Source: Pristiophorus japonicus (Eukaryota). Taken from it: a DNA stretch of 64,000 nucleotides. The notes below the pieces were generated by a model. That model saw nothing but the letters and a program-made list of their open reading frames with translations. It was not told the DNA's origin and did no database searches. Where the stretch lies: assembly GCF_044704955.1 (NCBI RefSeq), contig NC_091999.1, positions 56,606,001 through 56,670,000 of the forward strand, in the 5' to 3' direction. Below are positions 53,901 to 64,000 of the stretch, one piece after another (within the stretch, counting starts at the first letter, position 1; every line of letters begins with the position of its first letter). Position numbers and translations under genes: made by a program.

Positions 53901-56792
53901 GAGTTCTCTTATCTTGCCTGGGATGTCATTCCCACGCTGGGATTTCCACTGGGTCGAAATAAAAGTGTCAGCGATTCCGCAGGGTACATCTGGAAGTGCC
54001 CGAGGCAAAAGGACTCAAGGAACTTGAGTTTTACACTGTGTGAGCTGCACAATCAAAGTAGCTGGAAGCTGGGAGTGTTCTCCTTAGAGCCGAGCAGGTT
54101 ATGTGCCACTTAATTGAGGTGCTAAAAATTATGAAGAGTTTTGATCGGGTAAACTGGGAGATATTACATCACTCCCTCCTACCATCCCTTCCTCCATCCA
54201 CCCGTATCTCCTTCCCTCCCTCCCTTCATCCCTCCTTCGCTTCATCCCAGCATCCCCCCCTCCCATCTATCGCTCCCTCCCTGGATCCACCGCTCCCTGC
54301 CTCTGTCCACACTAAACCCATTCTTCACATCAATCCTCCCTTGCTCCACTCCCCCCTTCCTCAAACCCTCCCTACATCAATCACTCCCGCCCTGCACTCA
54401 TCCCTCGCCCCGTCCATTCCTCCACCCCTCCATCACTCCACCCCTACTTGCTCCACTCGTCCGTCCCTCCATCCCTCCCTCAGCCCAACAGATTCTTGTT
54501 TTTCCCTTTTGAGTGTTTCTGATTCCATCGATGAGGATTCCTCACCTGGAATTTTCTGCACCCAATTCCTTCACCGGGCTTTCATATATATTAACAATTA
54601 AAAGAGCGAGCGATGGCAAATATTTATATTTAACCTCCCACCACCTCCCCACCTAAAAAGACTGACAAGAAATGAAATGGTGACCTTTCCGGAGAGGGAG
54701 TTGGCTGGGGAACTGGCACTGGGTAGAAGTTCTAGCTGGGGCAGTGAGGATATCTTTTCTGCTTATAAATTAAATAAATAAGGGTAACAGTTTGAAAAAT
54801 TGTTTTTAGACATCCGCGACTTTCAGCTGCTCCTTTTTCCTGCCCCTTCTCGCTATTGAAGATGGGCCAGTTCCTGCCTGGAGCTCGATGACATTGTGTG
54901 TACTGGAAGGTAGGACGCAAGCTCTCGTTACACGAACATCTTGTAGAATCTGGGGCTGTTCTTCTTACAGCAGAGAAGGGTGAGGGGAGATTTACCAGAT
55001 TGGCACCAAGGATGAAAGACTAGAACCACGAGTTCGGCCCCAGCTGGAGGATTGTGTCCAATTCTGGGCACCACACTTTAGGAAGGACGTGAAGACTGTC
55101 GGGAGGGTGCAGAAGAGAATTACTGGAAATGCATCAGGGATGGGGGATTAAAATTATGTGGAAAGACTGGAGAAGCTGGGGTTGTTTTCCTTGGAGTAGA
55201 GAAGGTTAAGATGAAATTCAGTGGAATAGCAGCGGGAATGAAGCACTTCAATTAATGTGGAGAGACAGGAGTAGATGGGATTGTTCTCCTTGGAGTGGAC
55301 AAGGTTAAGGGCATCTTTAATAGAATGTTACCAGGGATGAGGGCCGTCAGTTAATGTGGAGAGATAGGAAAAGATGCGATTCTCCTCCTTAGAGGAGAGA
55401 AGTCTAAGAGCAGATTTGAAAGACCAGATTAAAATCATCAAGAGTTTAGATAGAGTAAATAAATAGAAGCTTTTGCAGGTGTGAGGTGATTGACAAAAGA
55501 ACCAAACGCGATATGTGGACAAACTTCTTTACGCGGCCACTGGTTAGGATTTGGAGTGTACTGCCTGATAGGGTGGTAGATATAGATTGAATAGTAGCCT
55601 TCAAAATTAAATTGTGTAAATACTTGAAGGAGATAAAAATGCAGTGATATAGCGAAAGAGCGGCTGAGTGATACTAACTGGATTGTTCTTCAAAAGAGCC
55701 GGCACAGGCTCTATGGGCTGAATTGCCACCTTCTGTGCTCTACTAATCTACGAATGACCATCACAATCACTAAGGAGGTGGTACTCAGTAGGATATTGGG
55801 ACTAAAGGCAGATAATTCCCCTGGACCTGATGATTTGCAGCCTAAAGGCTTAAGAAAAGTAGCGGCAGGGTTTGTGGATGCATTGCTTGTAATTTACCAA
55901 AATTGCCCGGAGTCTGAGGAGGTCCCAGCAGATTGCAAAACTGCAAATGTAACGCCACTATTTAAAAAATGAATCAGACAAAAAACAGGAAACTATAGAC
56001 CAGTTAGCCTAACATCTGTAGTTGGGAAAATGTTGGAGCTCATTATTAAAGAAGCAGTAGCAGGACATTTGGAAAAGCGAAATTCGGTCAGGCAGAGTCA
56101 GCATGGATTTATGATTGATAAATTTGCTGGAGTTCTTTGAGGATATAACGAACAGGGAGGATAAAGCGCAACGAGTGGATGTGGTGCGTTTGGACTTCCA
56201 GAAGGCATTTGACAAGGTGCCACGTAAAAGGTTATTGCACAAGATAAAAGTTCACGGGGTTGGGGGTAATATATTAGCATGGATAGCGGATTGGCTAACT
56301 AACAGAAAACAGAGTGTCGGGCTAAATGGTTCATTCTCTGTTTGGCAACCAGTAACTAGTGTGGTGCCGCAGGGATCAGTGTACAATCTAAATAAATGAT
56401 TTGGAAGAAGGGACTGAGTGTAACGATGCCAAGTTTGTTGATGATACAAAGATGGGAGGAAAAGCAATGTGTGAGGAGGACACAAGAAATCTGCAAAAGT
56501 TCACAGACAGGCTAAGTTAGTGGTCAAAAATTTGGCAGATGGTGTATAATGTTGGAAAGTGCGAGGTCATGCACTTTGGCAGAAAAAAACAAAGAGCAAG
56601 TTATTATTTAAATGGAGAAAAATTGCAAATTGTCGCAGGACTGCGGGACCGGAGGGTACTTGTGCATGAAAGACAAAAGGATACTATGCAGGTACAGCAA
56701 GTGATCAGGAAGGCCAATAGTATCTTGGCCTTTATTGCAAAGGGGATGGAGTATAAAAGCAGGGACGGCTTTCTACAGCTATATCTATCTTA

Positions 56793-56853
56793 AGATTTGA
56801 ACACGGATCGTTGAATTCAAAGTCCAGAGTGCTCACCATTACACCATTGAACC
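56793..56853 (-). pseudogene. 3'-truncated tRNA-Gln(TTG) retrocopy inserted in a CR1
   Basis: Minus strand GGTTCAATGGTGTAATGGTGAGCACTCTGGACTTTGAATTCAACGATCCGTGTTCAAATCT matches vertebrate tRNA-Gln (A box, CT-TTG-AA loop, GTTCAAAT B box); 3' T-stem and acceptor strand missing. Confidence 0.88.
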
Positions 56854-57906
56854 AACACCATAAGGTATCGGTGATGCCACACCTGGAATACTGCGTGCAG
56901 TTTTGGTTTCCATATTTAAGAAACGATTTACTTGCTTCGGAGCCCGTTCAGAAAAGGTTCACTAGGTTGATTTCGGGGAAGAGGGGTTTGACTTATGAGG
57001 AAAGGTTGAGTAGGTTGGGCCTCTATTCATTGGAATTCAGAAGAATGAGAGGTGATCTTATCGAAACGTATAAGATAATCAGGGGGCTTGGCAGAGTGGA
57101 TGCAGAGAGGATATTTCCACTCACAGGGCAACATAAAACAAGGGGACATAGTCTCAGAATAAGGGGCCGTCTATTTAAAATTGAGATGAGGAGGAATTTC
57201 TTCTCTCAGTGGGTTGTAAATCTATGAAATGTTCTGTCCCAGTGAGCTGTGGAGGCTAGGTTATTGAATATATTTAAGGCGGTGATAGACAGATCTTTGT
57301 GCGATAAGGGAATAAAGGGTTATGGGGGGCAGGCAGAGAAGTGGAGCTGAGTCAATGATCTGATCAGCCATGAGCTTATTCAATGGCGGAGCAGGCTCGA
57401 GCGGTCAGGTGGTCTCTTGCTGCTCCTATTTCTTATGTTCTTGTGTTCTTAAGTTTATATTACACGAGGCAATGTCTCCGTTTTTAATACACTACACCTT
57501 GTCCATGTTTATATTACACTAGACCCTGTCTTTGTTTAAATTTCACTACATCATGTCTCTGTTTATATTACACTGCGCCTTGTCTGCTTAAATTTCACTG
57601 GGCTCTGTCTCTGTTTAAATGGCACTATAACCTGTCTCTGTTTATATTACACGAGGCCCTGTATCCTTTGATGTTACACTAGGCCCTGTGTCGCTTTATG
57701 TTACACTGGGCCATATATCCATTGCGCTTCACAGGACAATGTTTGTTTGTGTGAGACGATGCTCAGTATGTCTCACTTTTGTCTCGGTCTCAGATATTTT
57801 TGGGATAAACACCCACTCCAGGCTCTATATTTCAATTTATTGCACCAACGGACCCTGTCTCAGTTTTTTCGGCACTTGACCATGCGTCTGTTAGCTAGAC
57901 AGAAGA

Positions 57907-58351
57907 CCATCATTATAGGCAGTTGCTCGGAATCAAGGAAGACTTGCTTCCACTCTTAAAATCAGTTCTTAGGTGGCTGAACAGTCCAATTACAGGAATT
58001 ACAGTCTCTGTCACAGTGGGACAGATAGTCATTGAAGGAAGAGATGGGTGGGAATGGTTTGCCATGCGCTCTTTCCACTGCCTGCACTTGATTTCTGCAT
58101 GCTCTCCGCGATGAGACTCCAAGGCTCAGCACCCTCCCGGATGCACTTTCTCCACTTAGCACGGTTTTTGGCCTGGGACTCTCAGGTGTCAGTGGGGATG
58201 TTGCACCTTTATCAGGGAGGCTTTGAGCGTGTCCTTGTAACATCCGCGACCAGGCCAACATCCCCAACATTGAAGAACTGACCACACTTGATCAGCTCCG
58301 CTGGGCAGGCCACATAGTTTGCATGCCAGGACACGAGAATGCCAAAGCAAC
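57907..58351 (-). mobile_element. RTE-clade LINE 3' fragment with inverted 5' segment
   Basis: Minus-strand 3' end (...IGLFSHLRT; YKDTLKASL) joined at ~58240 to plus-strand DQANIPNIEELTTLDQLRWAGHIV; TSD ACAGAAGA at 57899-906 and 58352-359; single site in units 1 and 2. Confidence 0.85.
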
Positions 58352-58919
58352 ACAGAAGATATATAGACGCTGGAGAGATATTAATATAAATAAAGATATA
58401 CATGTGTGTGGGTAGGAGGATGCAATACTTTTTTGGTTGGAACATATGTTTCGATTCCTTAACAGCTATCAAAGCTTGTGTGCAATGCCTAATTGATCTG
58501 GTGTCATGTCGTTAATATTTGTGCTGAAAGGATGGAGTGAATCTTGTAACAATCTCCCAGAGATGGACTGGTATTGAGGGACAAGACTGAATGTTGGCAA
58601 TAGTGCACTGCACTTTGCACTACTTAGTGGCACACTCTGTGTTAAAGGTTACTAATTCACACTTGTGGTGTGCTGTGCCAATTTCTCTCAGTTAATTAAT
58701 GATAAGAATTGTTTTTCCTGCAATATTTTCTCTGGAGCTGTCACGTGACCCACTGGTTGTGTCAGATGGAGCCTGGAACCGTGACCTCACAGCACCACTG
58801 GATGGGCGGCCTCAGGGTCCTAATGTCTTCAAAAACTGTATCGCTCATTTGGTTAAGACGAACAACTGAAAATAGCACACACAAAGTGTTCGCTATATGT
58901 GTCTGTGTGTGTATATCTT

Positions 58920-59512
58920 TTCAGAGAGGCGTTGAGGGTGTCCTTGTAACGCTTCCATTGCCCACCTTTCGCTCGTTTGACGTGAGTTCCGAGCAGAGTG
59001 CATGCTTTGGGAGTCTAGTGTCTGGCATGCGAACAGTGTGGCCTGCCCAGCGGAGCTGATCAAGTGTGGTCAGTGCTGCAATGATGGGGATGTTGGCCTG
59101 GTCGAGGACGCTAACGTTGGTGCGTCTGTTCTCCTAAGAGATTTTCAGGATCTTGCGGAGACATCGTTGGTGGTATTTCACCAGCGGCTTGAGGGTTCTA
59201 CTCGTCATGGTCCATGTCTCTGAGGCATACAGCAGGGCCAAAGACAAAAGACTGCCCTATGTGGAGGAAGTGCATGCGGGAATGTGCCGAGCACCTCGAG
59301 TCTTATCGCTGAGAGCATGCAGAAAGCAAGCACAGGCAGCGGAATGAACGTGCGGCAAACCTGTCCCACACCACGTCGCCCCTTTCCCTCAACGGCTCTC
59401 TGTCCCACCAGTGACAGGAACTGTGGTTCTCGTATTGGACTGTTCAGCCACCTAAGGTCTCATTTTTAAAGTGAATGCAAGTCTTCCTCGATTCCGAGGG
59501 ACTGCCTATGAT
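58920..59512 (+). mobile_element. Second RTE-clade LINE fragment with inverted 5' segment, inserted in (TG)n
   Basis: 58920-59235 is antisense RT C-terminus (QLRWAGH...YKDTLNASL); 59236-59512 is sense (CPTSDRNCGSRIGLFSHLRSH, then gagggactgcctatgatg tail). Confidence 0.82.
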
Positions 59513-59537
59513 GTGTGTGTGTATGTGTGCGTGTGTG

Positions 59538-59571
<34 letters not shown>

Positions 59572-60785
59572 TGTGTATGTGTGTGTGTATAAAACACATC
59601 ATTTATAATATGTGCAAGTGCTATCAACAAAGATAAATGATTAGCTTCAACCATTACTTTTTTTCCTTTAAATGTTATTCTGCAGCTAATGGTAGGTCGT
59701 TTATTACCTTTAATATTTATTGATAACACATTGTCTTGCGTGTTCTGCTTTAGAAAGTGATGTCACACTGACCATTCTGTTACCAAGGTGACCATGTCTG
59801 TTTGCAGTGTTCAGTGGGAAAGGGGATTAATTCACACCGAGGATAATGAGCAGACCACCACCAGTCTCTGAGCTTCTTTGTCCAGTGATCACCTCACCGC
59901 CAGACAGAATGCCCTGTTATACACCTCGAGTGTATGATTATTGGTGCAAGTGATGGCCAACATGAAACTGCACCTGTACCTGGCATACGGTTAATAAATC
60001 TGCAATTATTGTTTCTCTCATTACACCAGACTCTGTCGCAGTTTTTACTGCACAAGACCCAGTCTCAGTTTATATGGTTGATGTGGTGGACTTCCAAAAG
60101 GCGTTTGATAAAGTATCTTGAAAATATCCTTTGCAGAAAAGTTGAATCCTATAGAATAAAAGGGACAGTGGCGGCAGGGTATGAAATTGGCTGAGTGACA
60201 GGAATCAGAGAGTAGTGGTTTTTTTTGGGATTGGAGGAAGGTATATAGTGGAGTTCCGCAGCGGTTGTCATTAGGAACACTGTTTTTCATGATGCATATT
60301 CAGTACTTAGACTTGGGTGTACGGGCACAATTTTAAAATTTACAGCTGGCATCAAACTTGAAAGCATAGTGAACAGTGAGGAGGATAATAATGACTGCAA
60401 GATGGCATTGACATGCTGGTGGAATGGGTGGACACGTGGCAAATTAAACGCAGAAAATTGTGAAGTGATAAATTTTGGTAAGAAGAACGAGGAGAGGCAA
60501 AATAAACTAAAGGATACGATTCTAAAGGATGCATGAACGCAGTGAACTGGGGGTATACATGCACAACTCATTGAATGTGGCAGAGGCGGCTGAGAATGTG
60601 GCTAAAAAGCATACGGTACCCTGGGCTTCATAATTAGAGGCATAGAATACAAACAAAAGGATGTTATGATGAATATTTATAAAACACTGGTTCAGCCTCA
60701 ACTAGAGTATTGGGTCCAATTCTGGGCACCTCATTTTAGGAAAGATGTGAAGGCCTTAGAGAGGGTTCATAAAAGATTTACAAGT

Positions 60786-63700
60786 GTGAGTCCAGGGATA
60801 AAGGACTTCGGTTACGTGGTAGTCTTGGGAAGCTGGGGTTGTTCTCTGTAGAATAAAAAAGATTGAGAGGAGATTTGATAAAGGTGTTTAGAAAAATAAA
60901 CTGTCAAGACAGAATAGATAGAGAGAAACTGTTCCCATTGGCGGAAGGGTCGAGAACAGAGGACCACAGATTTAAGGTGATTGGCAGCAGAGCCAAAGGC
61001 GACATGAGGAAAACGTTTTTAAACAGCGAGCGGTTAGGATCTGGAATGCACTACCTGAAAGGGTGGTGGAGGCAGAGTCAATCATGGCATTGCAAAGAGA
61101 ACTGGGTAAGTACCTGCAGGAAGAAAATTCACAGGGCTACGGGAAAGGGTGGAGTGTGGACTAGCTGAAATACTCTCGCAGAGAGCGGCACGGGCAACAT
61201 GGGCCTAATGGCCCTCTTCTGTGCTGTAACTATTCTATGATTTTGTAATACATCAGAGCCTGTCTCAGTTATTAATACCCTAGACCATGCTCCAGTTTAT
61301 ATTACCCCATCCACCACGTTAAATATTTATTCCCTCCACCACCGGCACACCATGTCTGCAGGGATTACTATCTACACGATATATTGCAACAACTCGCAAA
61401 GACATCTTCGACAGCAGTTTCCAAACCTACGATTTCTTCAACCTACAAGGACAAGTGCAGCAGCCTCGTGGGAACACCACCACCTCAAAGTTCACTCCAA
61501 ATCACACAACATCCTGACTAGGAAATTTATTACCGTCCCTTCATAGTCGCTGGGTATAATTCATGGAACCCACTCCCTAACACTGTGGGGGTCCCTTCAC
61601 CACACGGAGAGCAGCGGTTCAAGGTGGCCGCACATGACCTCCTTCTCAAGGCCAATTATGGATAGAGAATCAATGTTAGCCTCGTCAGCGGCACCCACAC
61701 CCACATGCCAGGAACCAATTAAAGTATCACTGTATCAGTAATTACGACACAAGGCTCCACCTCAGTTATTATTGCAGTAGAGCTACTAATATTATTCTAG
61801 GCTCTGACTCAGATATTGCTGGAATGTGCCATGCCTTTGTTTCTATTACACAATAACCTGAATCTGTTTATATTAAACTAGACAAGGACACTGTTTATAT
61901 TACACTGGCCCCATCCTTTCACATTACTAAACTAGACCATGTCTCTGTTTATGTTAGTCTAGACCCTGTCACCATTATTACTGCATGAGACCATGCCTCT
62001 GTTTCTATTCAACTAGACCCTGTTTCTGCTTTTATTATAATTCACCATGTCAGTGTTTATATTACACTGCACCCTGCCTCAGCTATTACTACACTCAACC
62101 CAGTAACTCCCAGGGCAGGTACAGCATATGTCAGATACAGAGTAAGTCTCCCTCTACACCGTCCCATCAAATATTCCCAGTGCCGGTGCAGCACGGGTTG
62201 CAAACAGAGTAAATCTTCCTCTGCATGTTCCCATCAAACACACCCAGGGCAGGTACAACACGGTGTTAGAAACAGAGTAAAGCTCCCTCTACACGGTCCC
62301 ATCAAACACACCCAGGGCAGGTATAGCACGGGTTAAATACAGTGTAAAGATCCCTCTGCACTGTTCCATCAAACAATCCCAGATAATTTAATACACGTGT
62401 CATATTTTGGATGAATGCTCCTTCTGTGCAACCCAATCAATTTGTTCCGAGGCATATCATTGGGGCTCAAGGAAAACCTTTGTTAGATGTTGACATCTAG
62501 TTGTGCGGGAAGGCCAATTATCTCTTCTTGAGGGACAAGATGGAAAGTGGAAATAGGAGAGGGAGAGGATACAGGAAATCTCCACTGTCATATTTGTGAT
62601 GTTGCTGTGTACGGTGATTAGAATCTTTCCCCATTTTGTCCGTGGATATCATCTTTACTTTATTCTCCGATAATTTAGTGAAATGTACCAAAAAACAATT
62701 GTTGCTGGAATATGTTGAGAGATTTGCATTTCTCTCTCTCTTTATTTCTGTGCTGTGTTGGTGGGGGCACATTTATTGTGTTTCCGTCGCTCAATACTCT
62801 AATCTGGGACTTCTATTTCTCTGATTATTTACATAAACGACTCACTGGTTCCCATGAAGTGTTCATGGCAGCAGAATCAGATTAACAGAGTCAGTTATTG
62901 ATTAGTTTCAACTCACAACAAGCAATTATTTTAAGAATATTGACAGTTGATACAACATTAATAGAAATGTGTCGAACAATGATGTTGGCTTCAGTTTTGT
63001 TCAATTAAAACAGATGTGATTTTTATCAAAGCGATTAAATATTAAAATGAATAATTCAGTTCTAAATATTCTGCTGCTGGGATCATCTATGAACAGGCTG
63101 CTATTCCACTGGATCTCCATTTAGTGGAGGATTTAACCTTTTGAAACTAAACAAGTTAAACCAGTGACCAGAGGAAAGTCCTACAATCACTTTAATATCT
63201 GAACTTTTCACATAATGCAAATTGTATTTTCAAATGTTGAAATTTAGCAACAGCGTGCATTTATATATCGCCTATCATGACTTCATGTTGTCACAAAGTG
63301 CTTTACAGCCAATTAATTACTTTGGAAGTGTGGTAACTGTTGCAATGTAGGAAATGGGGCAGCCAATTTGTGCACAGCAAGAGACCAGAAAAAGCAATGA
63401 AATAATGATCAGATAATCAATTTTTCAGAAGTTGCTTGAGGGTTACATATTTGACCTTGAAACCATGGAGAACTCCTCTGCTCTTTAACAGAGTGCCATG
63501 AGTCCTTTAAATCCAACTGAGTTGGAATATGGGCCTCAGTTTAATGTCTGCCCCGAAAGATGGCACATATGACCGTGCAGCACGACCTCAGTACTGGCAC
63601 TGCGCATGTCGGCATAGATTTTGTGCTCAGGCCTCTGGAGTGGGTTTAGAATCTGTGACATTCTGAGTCAGGAGCCGAGAGCGACCACACTGAGCCGAGG

Positions 63701-64000
63701 CTTGAACATATCACAGCTTGTATTTTTTAAAATTTCCATTCAGCTCATCGTGTCTGAAGTTGAGGTCCTGAGACCAGAATTACACTGATCCATTTATTAT
63801 CAGGGGCCAGTTCTCTTTTCTTGCCTGGGATGTCATTCCCACACTAGGATTTACACTGGGTCCATATAAAAGTGTCGGCAATTCCGCAAGGAACATCTCG
63901 AAGTGCCCCAGGCAGAAGGACTCATGGAACCTGAGTTTTACCCTCTGTGAGCTACAGCATCAGAGCAGCTGGAAGCTGGGACTGTTCTCCTTAGAGCCGA
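60786..64000. repeat. Segmental tandem duplication, unit 5 (partial, runs off the window)
   Basis: Same landmark order up to the window end. Confidence 0.93.

Larger units (their letters stand above)
50990..60785. repeat. Segmental tandem duplication, unit 4 (~9.8 kb, with RTE and tRNA insertions)
   Basis: Same landmark order. Confidence 0.95.

Overview
Vertebrate genomic DNA from a cartilaginous fish (shark-type). The left 11 kb holds a complete set of IgM heavy-chain constant exons on the minus strand: CH1, CH2, CH3, CH4 plus secretory tail, TM1 and TM2, all with canonical GT-AG boundaries. CH2 carries a single +1 frameshift. I could not find a JH, D or VH segment or a credible RSS anywhere in the ~53 kb upstream. 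Instead, the putative J-C intron ends at ~16,199, where a head-to-tail tandem array of a ~10-14 kb unit starts (4 full copies plus 1 partial). Each unit is a mosaic of CR1 LINE fragments, a DeuSINE, 27-bp and ~65-bp satellites, and unique blocks with conserved minus-strand splice signals, suggesting a derelict or non-coding gene. Copy-specific insertions can be checked against empty sites in sister copies: a 3.16-kb hAT/Charlie transposon, a young nested CR1, two 5'-inverted RTE LINEs, and a tailless tRNA-Gln retrocopy. Downstream of the Ig TM exons is a YY1/GC-box promoter flanked by a CCAAT-box minisatellite and a 41-bp minisatellite made of repeated splice donors. Most ORFs in the supplied track are repeat artefacts. 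Repeat boundaries are approximate; everything was read by eye.
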